Notes: generated by a model not told the origin, from the sequence alone. Shown: positions 12,541 through 23,151, counted from the first letter of the whole stretch. The stretch: DNA of 63,935 bases, filler included, from Hausera hauseri (GCA_046269625.1; 12 parts of 12 records of this genome joined end to end with filler, not necessarily neighbours in it); one strand, 5' to 3'. Numbers and translations: made by a program.

Positions 12541-13768
12541 CATGTGGGCTAAGTCGAGAAGTGTGATTGTCATTATACATGTATTATGTATCTATAATTT
12601 GAAGTATTCTGATTACCTAAGGAGTGATCTTTTGACTATATGCCTTATGTTGTTATATAGAAATAATATACTTTCGAATACGTTTTCATCAAATAAACTA
12701 TTGACTATGTGAAATCAGCATGCAGGTAGACATTATTTTGTTAAATATAAACAATATACTAACGTAAGTTGTGTGTACATCTCTTTTAGGAGTAAAGCAA
12801 GAAGTATAGAAGGATAATAACGAATTCACAATTTGAGAGTTCAAATATGAAGATATCATTTGCAAAGAAAATTACTTTGAAGTCTAATCAAGTATGCTAC
12901 TAAAGCCACCAAACAGTTGTACAAGGATATTATGCATTCTATAAGAGCAAAGCATGAAGTCTTAAAGATAATTTACTAGGAATAACCCATAGAAATAGGG
13001 AGTTCATAAAGGGTAAATACAATTTACGAAGAATAACTTTGGAACGCATTACACCAAAATGATTAAAAGGTTAAATTTTAATAATCATTGGAGGCGAAAC
13101 GTGTATCTTCATAGGTTATTGAGAATACTGCTATAGATAATTAAATAATACAAGAATTGGAGTATCTAAAAAGGATCGGTGCGTACCAGTAATTTCTTTA
13201 GGATACGGGAATTATGGATCGATGGAACATAAATAAGTTAGTTGGAATATGGATTCAGGTAGACAAGATCGTTGATTCACGAAGAGGAAAATATTTCAAG
13301 TAATCGATGATGATGCAGTGGTTATTAATGGTGGATAAATTAAACTTTGGGATTTTAGGATTAAGCTATAAATTCTAATTTTTTACATAATAAACATAAG
13401 TGTTCCGACAGTATTATATTAGAATATATGATAAAGATCGAGGAGACAAGAAACCTGTATCAACATATATCCATACTATGGAAGTGGCTGTCAATTAATC
13501 TTAATTGGGTATTAAAATCCCCTTACGCATATTCTTATTGAGATAGAACAACTAAACAAATAAAACTGAGTGAGAAAGAGAAAGAGGATATGAGCAAAAC
13601 TCAAGGAAGTTTAGAATTCACTTACATAAAATTCTTATACCTAATTGACATCTGGTGCAGGCTATTCTTAGCCCGACCACCATCGACCTCGCCTTCGGAT
13701 GTCTTGAAAATATATTTATATGTAGGTACGAATTAAGGTTCGAGGTGACCCCTGTACCATCAACACTA

Positions 13769-13960
13769 AGGAATCAAATGACGCGCGGTTTTAAACCTCG
13801 TTATTTAGGGCCCTACAGACATGTTCACTTGCATTCTCACAATGCCATTACCCTCAAACACGGTAAGGAACTAGCGGCGCATATCAACCACGTCAAGCTC
13901 GCTTTCTTCGTAGATGATACACCCCAAACCGAATGTCCTACTTATTTTCTTTCTTCTTCA
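13769..13960 (+). mobile_element. Gypsy integrase C-terminal (GPY) fragment
   Basis: NQMTRGFKPRYLGPYRHVHLHSHNAITLKHGKELAAHINHVK; homologous to 44850-45000 and 48005-48150. Confidence 0.8.
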
Positions 13961-15221
13961 TCTATTCCTGGAAAATCCTCACTTATTTTATATAATAAAT
14001 TTATTACGGTATTAAGTCTATGTCTTAGAGTTTTACTTTTATACAGTCGCTCCTTTCTATTCACCAATGGAACTTTCATTATAGCGTGAATTATAATTGT
14101 TCTCTTACTTCGAATTCCTCCCTCTACTATTTCCTTTTCCAACCTGAATCCCATAAGATTTGATCCACAAATTCCCTTAAATCCCTCAAAACCTTTGCTC
14201 CTCCGCGGGGGAATTTTACCAACTTTAATCAATTGCGTTAAATCAGTCACACCGATTTTAGCATACACTCCCAAATAATAACTCCCTCCGACAACCATCG
14301 AAACGAAGAAATAAGAACAATGAACATTAATAGTATTCGTATAACACCTCACTTCTTTCAATCTCGCCATTATTAGGCCGATATACACCTTTGTGTCCTT
14401 CACCACATCATCCGTTTCGTCATTAAGCTGTCCGGATCAGACATTCGTTTGTTAGAATCTCTGGAACAATTAATGATCGCCTATTTATTTTCTGATAACT
14501 CCTTTTCATCTCTTTCTCCATCATACGATCTCTAAACAAATTTATTGGTGAAGACAATGTTAACTCTTTATCAACACAGTGAACAATCTTATTTCCCGTT
14601 CTTATATTCTTAGTTTCTTCAAACTGAAGATAATCAAATATTCCCAATTTAGAATAAGACGTTTGGGACAGTCTATTGGTCCACTTCTTCTTAGTTATCT
14701 TTTTGCTATTCTCTGTCGAACTTTCTGTTGAGGAAATATGAGCACTCCTTCTAAGCTTTTCTGCACCTGTTTTTATACAAGTTTCTTTCCTGTGATTGCT
14801 AGAGGCCATGAATTTCAACCTTTCTGAACTGCTCTGATCCATGAATTTGTAGACAACTATTTTAGCATATTTCATTATAAGTCTTTTTAAATTCTGCTTT
14901 ATTGATCTCATATTGGATCTTAATTAATTTCTCTGACGACATAATATAACCTGTTATCAACGTGTCAGATAAACGTTAACCACCAAAAGACAGGTTTCTA
15001 TGCAATCACAAACGTGTGATCGATAGAATAATAATTAAAATTCTTATTAAAATGTTCATTTTAACAGAGGTGAAAAACCGAAATACTACAAATCACCAAG
15101 AGACGTAAATCCCATCTTAAAAACATCGACAAGACAACATCAAATATGAAAAAAACATATCAGAATGACATAATCTAAAGGTAGGCAAGACACATTGATC
15201 CGTCCGACTATATAATATACG

Positions 15222-16430
15222 TTAAAGCTGATTCAAATTCAACATACCAAAATTGAACTTCGGAACATCGGTCAATTTCAAACCATATTCAGATCTCAGA
15301 GTCTGAAACAAATACTCTGAACACCCCTCGTTGAGATTTAACATGGGAAACAACAGAACCCCATTGAAATCGGAAAATTTCTCTTTCAAATGCGTCAATT
15401 GCGAATCATCAAACCATTTCCCAACGTCCGCTTACGACCAATTTCTCACCGCTATTTGACTAAGATTTTGCTGCGGCGGTGGAAATCTCTCCGCCACAAC
15501 GTTAATCGCCGGTAATTGCGTTTCCGTATCACCACCTGCAGTGAACTTCAACGCATGTATAAGCACCGAAAACGATTCGTTGAAATTCAGTCGTTCGGTA
15601 AAACTCGAAATATAATTTACTGCCCATGATGATACTCAGCCATCCGCTGGCTCTATATCGCGTTTCTACAATAAACGGAATGATGGTTTTTTTGTTATTT
15701 TTTTCCAACGAGAACGCATATTCTACTTCCGTATGGCAATTTGGACTCGTTCGGTACGCTTCGGAAACAGCTATAAGAAAAACGTCAGAATTTTCAATTC
15801 CGTCTGTCATCGCTTCCAACATTGATCCTTTCATTTGGTCAACGTCAATCCAGACTTTCAACCCGATTTTCTTTTCTATTTCTTCTTTCAACTTCGTAAC
15901 GATCGATTTATTCGTCAATGAATAACTAAGAAACACGTCAAATTCAAAAGTTCACTCTTTAAGGCTTTCTTACGGTTTTTTGCAGCGCTCTTTACACATT
16001 CAACGGAATGCGATTTACTATCAACGAGTCAAATTATACCTTCGTAACTTTTCCGTATCGATGATAATTTGTGGTTCTTAAGCGGACTAATCGCCGTTTT
16101 CAAATTATAGTCGGTCAACAACGATTGTCGAATTTCTCGATCAAAGCGCAAATTCCAAATTGTCGCCAATGCTTTATCGATATCTTCATCGCATATCGGA
16201 TTAGCAATAATGTCCATAAGCAATTGCAGTCCGCCTTCATCTCGAATCGATTTTTTTCATGTTATTTGCTGAGATCATTTTCAATTCCTTTACCAATTCC
16301 CAAACGGCGAATCCATCGATACGATGCTATTATTCGGTTCGTGCAACGTTTGTCTTGGAAATGAGTAGCTTAATAGAGTTTTTCCCTTCTTCGAGCAAAC
16401 GTAACTCGTCTTCGTTTGCCGAACAATTGA
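15222..16430 (-). pseudogene. ARM-repeat - TIR - SAM-like innate immune adaptor pseudogene
   Basis: ARM-like GFAVWELVKELKMISAN and DKALATIWNLRFD; TIR FDVFLSYS..GLKVWIDVDQMKGSMLEAM..SPNCHTEVEYA; SAM-like VRNWS*ADVGKWF..FSDFNG; stops and frameshifts, no introns evident. Confidence 0.8.
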
Positions 16431-16787
16431 ACTTTAATAAGTTTTCAATGTTTTATTATTTTGGCTATCGCATTTAACAACGATTGTCCTCACCCTCCGT
16501 CTCTCCAAATGCCGCCAGGAGTTATTTTATACTTACATTTGCTCACAATACGTCTCCTTTTTATATCACAAACGTTTTACGTCTTCAAACACGCAGGACT
16601 CTCTCAAACAATCTCAATTCCACACAAAATTCATATGATAAACAAAAATATATGTACAATATATCTATATACAACGTCACCATTCACTCGCTCCGTTCTG
16701 TACATAAACACACATGCTCACACACATACCTCTATATATATACTATATACACCTTTTTCTTCTCTATTTCTCTTGTCCTCCGGATTA

Positions 16788-16846
16788 TCCACCTAGTCAG
16801 TCGGGTTGCAACACCGGTGTTAACTTTACATTTTCAAAGAAAATGA
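16788..16846 (+). pseudogene. Polinton minor capsid (penton) C-terminal remnant
   Basis: IHLVSRVATPVLTLHFQRK* matches the penton ..V.LHFRR end; its stop overlaps the next ATG (ATGA). Confidence 0.55.
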
Positions 16847-17346
16847 CACAGCGTGAAATAATAGATTTGTATAGCCGACCACAGCTTGGTTGCGACTTAC
16901 CATACTTTGTTTGGCGACAGTATAATGGTAATTGGAAACAGAGATTGGGTAGATTCGCATTAAGGTTGGGAAGAAAATTTGGTTTACCAGTAGCTGAAAA
17001 TGTAGGTTCAGCTGCGGTGAAAGCTGCAAACGCCGCATTATTTAACAAGAAACCTATAAAAGAAGCAATAAACGAAAATATGTTAAGTAGAGTACATGAT
17101 ATAAAGAAACATGCAATTGATACGATGAAAGAGATTGTTGATCCAGTTGAAAAACAAGGCGGTGATGGTGGTCGAAAACGAAAAAAACATAATAAGGGAC
17201 AATTTCCTTGTGCAGGATCTCAATTTCGTGCTGTAAACAGTCCTAGTTTAAGCAATAGTAATACTATTTCTATGCATGGCGATCGTAAGCGTAGGAAGCA
17301 AACAACTGTAAGCAAATGTCATAAAGTAACTATTTTTGATAAATAA
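16843..17346 (+). CDS. Polinton/adintovirus basic amphipathic virion protein (cupiennin-like / protein VI-like)
   Basis: PQLGCDLPYFVWRQYNGNWKQRLGRFALRLGRKFGLPVAENVGSAAVKAA, QGGDGGRKRKK; lies between penton and MCP remnants. Confidence 0.7.
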   Translation: MTQREIIDLYSRPQLGCDLPYFVWRQYNGNWKQRLGRFALRLGRKFGLPVAENVGSAAVKAANAALFNKKPIKEAINENMLSRVHDIKKHAIDTMKEIVDPVEKQGGDGGRKRKKHNKGQFPCAGSQFRAVNSPSLSNSNTISMHGDRKRRKQTTVSKCHKVTIFDK

Positions 17347-17571
17347 TGGCATATATTGCAAAATCGGAATTGTGCACTTTTGATCATGCGGTACCACAAG
17401 TTGTTATAAATGCTTCTACATTTCAAACATATTATCCGAAAGATTCAATTTTCAATACCAATACAATAGAATTTAACATAAATTGATGAGAAACTGACTA
17501 TTTAGACTTAAATAGTACATTGCTATGTGTAAAAATCAAGGTGAGGAAATCTGATGGAACATATGTAGCAG
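17346..17571 (+). pseudogene. Polinton major capsid protein (double jelly-roll) N-terminus
   Basis: MAYIAKSELCTFDHAVPQVVI..YYPK..TIEFNIN**ETDYLDLNSTLLCVKIKVRKSDG; TAATG stop-start overlap; two in-frame TGA. Confidence 0.8.
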
Positions 17572-17671
17572 NNNNNNNNNNNNNNNNNNNNNNNNNNNNN
17601 NNNNNNNNNNNNNNNTTAATTAATTAANNNNNNNNNNNNNNNNNNNNNNNNNNNNNNNNNNNNNNNNNNNN
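17572..17671. other. Artificial contig spacer
   Basis: 44 N + TTAATTAATTAA + 44 N. Confidence 0.98.
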
Positions 17672-17681
17672 TCCTCTCTCT
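17672..17681 (-). promoter_or_regulatory. Candidate polypurine tract
   Basis: AGAGAGAGGA on the element strand, where the contig breaks (expected if a repeated LTR follows). Confidence 0.45.
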
Positions 17682-18605
17682 GTAATAACTGACATACAAA
17701 GTGGGTTTTCCCACTACCACTAGGTCCAACTATCTGGAATACTGCATTGTTATTAATCTCCATTATTAATTACATGTGTGTATATCAATTTTGTTTATAA
17801 CAAGTAAGCATGTTAAAAACATTTATTAACGCACAACACGTGATAAAAATATAACAAGTACCCCTGTAAGAATACTACATATTAGTGTTATATATTGGGG
17901 TGGTCCTTATGCAACGCCCACTATATAACAATGATTACACTTGAAATTTTAAGTATTCTACTACAGGTATGGTCTATCGTTATCGTATAGACAGAATGTG
18001 TCTTACAACTATATTTAATTTGAAATGCTGGTACTCGCTTGCAGTCCTGTGCAAAAAATGGTTTTCAAAATTCTCTCTCCTTATCTAGATTTTAAGTATC
18101 AATTTCAATATCCTAGGGAAGTCCAATTACCCTTATGGGGCAATGAAAAACTATATAGAAGAATTTACAACAATGATACAACAAATTTAATAAATAACAA
18201 TTACCAACATTATTAATCACGTAACCAATTATCGTCTATAGAATTGAAGGTAATTTTTTTGGTCAATCTCGATAGCAACTTTCAGTCGAATTTTCGTTTC
18301 GGTCTTTTACCCTTCAGTCTTTCTCAGTCTCCTTCGTCTATTTTGCTTTCCTATTTATATCGAACATTCTCTGATTATATCTTTTTTTGTCAATTTGACT
18401 TGGGTTTTATTTCAATATTTACACATTTAATCTAATTGCTATCCATTCTCTTCAATTTCAAAAGTAAATAAATCATTTCTGGTGTTCATTGACTTCAAAA
18501 AAAATAAATATTTACAAATTTCCTAATGCTTCAATATATATCAACTAGATTTATCGACATGTTCCTATTGACAGTTTAGTGATAGCGATCATCTCCTACA
18601 TAGCA

Positions 18606-19260
18606 TTACGACATTTCTCCTCCCTGAACGGCATCCTCGGAGGTGCCTATTGCGTCAGAAGAGGTGCCGTCTCTTGGTGGTCTTAACAGATTTAATCGTC
18701 TTCGTAGACTAGTATCTGGGGCTGTAGGTCTCTGGTCAGGTCGAACTTCTAAATCGTAACTATATTGAGGTTTTATGCAAACCACTCCTGTATATTCTCC
18801 ATTCGAGAAATACTTCAAATTGGCTGTCTTAGCCCGACACACCGGACAAGTAGTCTTACCATTTTCTAGAGTCCACTCTTCTATACATTCCCGACAATAT
18901 TTATGTCTGCAATCCTTATTGTTCAGGCTTACAAACCCTTGTTGAAGGTTAGCTTCGCAGACTGGACACTCGTTTTCTTCTTTTTCCCATTTCTCATCGT
19001 CCAGATTCAGTCGAATCGTAAGTTCGATTTGCTCGGAAACTAGCCCTTCTTTTCTTTGATATAAATATCCATGAATTCGTTTCTGTTTGAGGTCCACAGA
19101 ACTCTTTCTGGGGTCACAACTTATAGTGACTAAGGTCCAATCGGCTATCATTTCTTGGTCTAAGTCAGGAATTTTATTAGCTGCCTGGTATTTCTGATAT
19201 TTCTTCTTTAGTAAGACCTTTAGTTGTTTGTCCACTGGTACAGTTAATTTTCCGTTTCAT
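18606..19260 (-). CDS. Element-borne C3HC4 RING finger protein
   Basis: CPVC-x15-CRHKYCREC-x12-CPVC. ORF track starts at GTG 19235; a more likely ATG at 19260 (MKRKINC..GLTKEEISEIP) needs one frameshift near 19185. Confidence 0.8.
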
Positions 19261-19262
19261 TT

Positions 19263-19964
19263 TTATTGGAAAATCGGAGCGACATATTTTCCTAAATTGT
19301 GATTTTCCCATATATAAGCATTTTCATACACCTCTCTTTTTGGGGTAACTGCTATGTAAAATGCTGTCCTTTTTATTTTTCCGTGACTATAGTGTTCAGT
19401 CATTATGAGCATTTTTGGTAGATCTTCTGTAGTGGCAAAATGTTGGTTCCCAGGAAATTTTCTGTTCCTAAGAACATTCACTTCTATATATGATTTTGCT
19501 TCCTCCATTTTTTGCCTTTGTTCTGAATTTGAGGCTCCTTCTGGGTCTTGTTCGGTTCTAGACCGTTGTAAGAATTTCTCACTTCTTTGTATTATTCTGT
19601 TCTTTGTTTCAGCGTTACGTGTCCTTTTAAATATTTTATTGTATAATGAGGTTCTACTTTTGTTATCTTCTATCTTCAGTTTCTTCTTTGGAACTTGAGG
19701 AATTTTGAATATTGAATCTTCGTTCTTGTGTCTATCCATCGGTGGTATGAGGGTCCCTTGACTTGTATTAGGTAGTTGAGCATCATTAAATTCTAAAAAT
19801 TCTCTAATTTTAGATGGTTGATACAGTTTCCGGTATTTGTCATTTAATTCATTTGGATTCGCACAACTGATTAAATTATATTCAGGTTTCGGAGGAACCC
19901 ATTCGTGTTCCCATGTTAGCGCAGTATAAGTACGTATTGGGTACGTTGGCTCGCCGTTAACAAT
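19263..19964 (-). CDS. Accessory ORF, basic, with NLS-like PKKKLKI
   Basis: 158-aa ORF from ATG 19739; frame stays open upstream to 19964 (IVNGEPTYPIRTYTALTWEHEW...). Confidence 0.6.
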   Translation of the reverse strand: MVNGEPTYPIRTYTALTWEHEWVPPKPEYNLISCANPNELNDKYRKLYQPSKIREFLEFNDAQLPNTSQGTLIPPMDRHKNEDSIFKIPQVPKKKLKIEDNKSRTSLYNKIFKRTRNAETKNRIIQRSEKFLQRSRTEQDPEGASNSEQRQKMEEAKSYIEVNVLRNRKFPGNQHFATTEDLPKMLIMTEHYSHGKIKRTAFYIAVTPKREVYENAYIWENHNLGKYVAPIFQ

Positions 19965-20071
19965 TTACTGATTTTAACGCGGCTATTAGTGGCGGCTTTA
20001 ACCATTATTTTAAAATAGGCGTTTATAATTTTTGGCATTGGGTAGTTTCTTGCTCTTAATAAATTTTTTGT

Positions 20072-20647
20072 TCATTCTATAATAAGACAGTGAGTGTTCA
20101 GTTGACTTATTCCTGCTACTCCTGAGTAGGGAATGTCTAATAATGATATAATTTCTTCTACTCGGTATCCAACGAGGATACATCCATACAAACAGTAAGT
20201 TAATTCATTTTGCACAACTTTGACATTTTTTTCTTTTAGATTTTCTTTGCGAATTCCGGTCTGATCGTAGAAGGTTTCTCTAATTTGTTTTCTTGGGCTA
20301 ATAATCGCATGGCAAGACTCTATTCCATTTGTTTCTCTTATGGAAACTTCCATTGGGATCTTATCTACTTTATTTCCTTCGCCGAAGTTTATGGCAATCA
20401 TTTTCGTATTGTTAGCATTGGACACTACTCGATAGGAATATGAGAATTTCTCCATTTCTGATTCCAGAGGTCTGCATCGAAATTTCATAGGTGGTAATGG
20501 AATATTACTTTGTTCATCTTTGGTTACCTCAATCATTATTTTGACGGGAAGGGCGGTCACCCAAAATTCCAAGTATTGATCTTGTAAGTTTTTGCTTTGC
20601 AATTTTAACGTACTAAATCTGTATTGTTTCCACTTCCCGTGTTCCAT
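20072..20647 (-). CDS. Accessory ORF of unknown function (191 aa)
   Basis: ATG ORF overlapping the upstream ORF by 43 nt; may be its frameshifted continuation. Confidence 0.6.
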   Translation of the reverse strand: MEHGKWKQYRFSTLKLQSKNLQDQYLEFWVTALPVKIMIEVTKDEQSNIPLPPMKFRCRPLESEMEKFSYSYRVVSNANNTKMIAINFGEGNKVDKIPMEVSIRETNGIESCHAIISPRKQIRETFYDQTGIRKENLKEKNVKVVQNELTYCLYGCILVGYRVEEIISLLDIPYSGVAGISQLNTHCLIIE

Positions 20648-21009
20648 TCTTGCACATGTAATCGGTGATAAATTTCGCCATCAGCTAGATGTATGTACAA
20701 GTCCTGGCCTAATTCGTTTTCCATTAACTTCCGAAGTGAATATGTTTTAACGTTTTTATCTTCTCTCATCGCATACAAATATACAACTCTAACTTCCTCG
20801 GTAGTTTCTTTTAAGTTGTTTGGTATAGTGTGGACTCGATCGGATTTTATAGCCGCCTTCCCATGTAATTCGTTGTGTATCTCCCGGTAAATGGAATTGG
20901 ATCTTATGATAAGCATAGTAGCATATCTCTGTAAGAATTCGTCGATGCTACGTCGGCAGGCTTGAGGTTTTTCTTTTTCTTGTTCGTCGATCCTACGTCG
21001 TCCGGACAT
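20605..21009 (-). CDS. Accessory ORF of unknown function (134 aa)
   Basis: ATG 16 nt downstream of a splice-acceptor-like site. Confidence 0.6.
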   Translation of the reverse strand: MSGRRRIDEQEKEKPQACRRSIDEFLQRYATMLIIRSNSIYREIHNELHGKAAIKSDRVHTIPNNLKETTEEVRVVYLYAMREDKNVKTYSLRKLMENELGQDLYIHLADGEIYHRLHVQEWNTGSGNNTDLVR

Positions 21010-21025
21010 CTTCTGAGTATTAACT

Positions 21026-21052
21026 CTGAAATATAAACAATAGGGGTTATTC
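21026..21052 (-). promoter_or_regulatory. Candidate 3' splice site for a subgenomic accessory mRNA
   Basis: GAATAACCCCTATTGTTTATATTTCAG|AG: branch-like TAAC, pyrimidine tract, TTTCAG. Confidence 0.55.
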
Positions 21053-21164
21053 TTAAAATGTAGAATTGTTTTAGAACAAAACCAATTCTTCGCCCAATGA
21101 CAGAATAACCCGTTCTGTAATTGTCAGGTTATTTTATCATATACATCGCTTTGGTATCCCACCC

Positions 21165-22500
21165 TTAATTCTCAATCTTTATTTTTGCGCTGTTTTTTAC
21201 AGTTTTGGTAATTATATAAAATAACGCTATTAATATTACTAAGACGAACGCTGACACTCCAATAATTGAATAAATAGGTAGCGTTGTTAGTTCAATTGGT
21301 TTCTGTGTCGTTATATATGCGGTACTTGTATTTTCTACGTCTCGATTTTTCTGTGAATTTGGGTAAATATTTTCTATTAAGGTGCGTAAGGTAATTGTTA
21401 GATTCTGTTTTTCTGCTGCATTAATTTGTACTATGTGTTCTGTCTGAGAATTTAGTGAATTACATTCTGTCTGTCGTGTATTCCTTATAAGTATTACTTT
21501 TTGTCTATCATATAAGGTTCGACAATTTATTTCTATGTCGTAGTTTAATCTTTCCTCGACAAAGAAAATTATCTTATTTTGCTGCAGTAAATATTTGATA
21601 GGAATACCTTCCGGTTGCCTTCCGGATCTTGTACTCGTCATGACGATCTTAGTAGCGGTACTAGTCGTTGTCGTCGTTCTGGTTTGAGTCTTCCAATTTT
21701 GACCCTTTAAACAATACCTTCTTAGCTATATGCTTGGCTGGTTCTGCTTAACATTATATAGGTTGAACTGTATCTCGCAACTGTACCTTTGGGGTATTTT
21801 ACAACACGGTTTTGGGTTCCATCGGCTAATAGCGCAATATCTTGCTGGCGAACTTGTTTTAAATGGTATAAATCGAACCGAGTTCTGATAGAATTCCGTT
21901 AAACTTGTTCTAGTTCTAATTTGAATACATGCATTTTCCCGATCTTTAGAGACTTCAACTCTATTTTCATCTAACAGCTTAATTTGAGGGTCGGTACTTT
22001 GGACTACATCAGAAAATTTTATGCTACCAGCTAAGGCTTGTTTTGGCATAGTTATTTCCACCAATGGTCGTATATCTGCTCGAATGATCTCATAGGGGTA
22101 ATAATACATGCGTATTACATATCCACATATTCGTTCGAAGTCCAGTTCGCAGCATTTCCTGTAGATTTCATATCCAAACTCGCAATCCTTAATCTTTTCA
22201 CTATTTTGATTAGTGAACTTTTTACGAATTTTCATATATTCTGTGGTAGTCTTCTCGGTTTGGAACCAAATACAGGGTTTCTTCCAATCTACGTCATACG
22301 CTTTCATTGTTTTTAGATTTCCCACATTCTTTTGTCCTTCCAGGTGTTTCTGTTCCTCTCTGATTTTAGCTTCCTTTCCACTTTTGCTAATTCCATATAT
22401 ATCTGTTAAACTAGATACACTATCATTCCACCATTGCGCTTTAGTTTTGGGAATATAAGAGGCGATTAGTGATAATGCTAAGATTATCTGTACGTAAGAT
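21165..22500 (-). CDS. Env-position type I membrane glycoprotein with one internal TAG
   Basis: Signal-like YVQIILALSLIASYIPKTKA/QWW, two Cys modules, TAG at 21726-21728, then in-frame Thr-rich linker, NLT/NTS sequons, TM helix IYSIIGVSAFVLVILIALFYII and short basic tail. ORFs 21726-22565 and 21165-21641 share a frame. Confidence 0.8.
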
Positions 22501-22814
22501 ATTGGTCTACTAATTATAGAAGATGTCTTGGTTTTCTTTTTGTCTTGGTTTTGGTTGGATCGCAAATTGTAAAGTTTTTCTGGTCTTATTTCTGTCTTAA
22601 AAACTCTCTGTATGGATACTACCTCTTCCTTGCCATTTTTATTTATGTAAACAGTGGTCGGTGTGGTTCGAATAATTTCGTAAGGCCCTCGTCCGGTACG
22701 AGTAAGTTTTAATGACGCACCCTTTTTTGCGACTGGGTAATATACATAGACCCAGTTCCATTTCTATAAATCGTGTGACTTGGCCTTGTCATATTGTTTT
22801 TTAAACTGTTCTTG
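22501..22814 (-). pseudogene. Gypsy integrase C-terminal GPY module
   Basis: QEQFKKQYDKAKSHDL*KWNWVYVYYPVAKKGASLKLTRTGRGPYEIIRTTPTTVYINKNGKEEVVSIQRVFK..LYNLRS, in frame with the glycoprotein. Confidence 0.85.
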
Positions 22815-22914
22815 NNNNNNNNNNNNNNNNNNNNNNNNNNNNNNNNNNNNNNNNNNNNTTAATTAATTAANNNNNNNNNNNNNNNNNNNNNNNNNNNNNN
22901 NNNNNNNNNNNNNN
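22815..22914. other. Artificial contig spacer
   Basis: 44 N + TTAATTAATTAA + 44 N. Confidence 0.98.
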
Positions 22915-23151
22915 AGGGCTAAAGGTGTTCAACGAGCTACACTGGAGAAACAAATTTCTTTTCAAGATTATATCTCAGTCCTATTCAATCAGTCAACTTT
23001 ATTATCAAACATGCAAAGGATTGTCTCTCATGACCACGTTGTCACGACTAATGTGCTAAGGAAAAAAAGTCTAAGCTTCTTTGATGATAAAAGATTTATT
23101 CTGGCAGATGGGATATCAACTTTACCTCATGGACACTTTTATTTTATGTAA
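22915..23151 (+). CDS. pPolB C-terminus (partial)
   Basis: RAKGVQRATLEKQISFQDY..KKSLSFFDDKRFILADGISTLPHGH. Confidence 0.9.
   Translation, partial: RAKGVQRATLEKQISFQDYISVLFNQSTLLSNMQRIVSHDHVVTTNVLRKKSLSFFDDKRFILADGISTLPHGHFYFM

Larger units (their letters stand above)
17672..22814 (-). mobile_element. 3' half of a complex, retrovirus-like Gypsy element (integrase tail - membrane glycoprotein - accessory ORFs - RING)
   Basis: All ORFs co-oriented and tightly packed downstream of a GPY integrase tail; purine tract at the distal contig end. Confidence 0.75.

Noticed and set aside
12541-13650. Possible gag zinc-knuckle and DSG protease remnants
   Set aside because: Too degraded to support a call by eye
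13942-14911. Two minus-strand ORFs (154 and 162 aa)
   Set aside because: No recognisable motif; the first runs into a Gypsy fragment, so left unassigned
16714-16842. N-terminal extension of the 210-aa ORF
   Set aside because: The real start is more likely ATG 16843, overlapping the penton stop
9790-17571. pPolB plus TIR gene plus capsid genes as one Polinton
   Set aside because: pPolB and capsid genes are on different contigs separated by an artificial spacer
17701-17714. Rel/NF-kB-like site GGGTTTTCCC
   Set aside because: A single short match, equally explained as a hairpin
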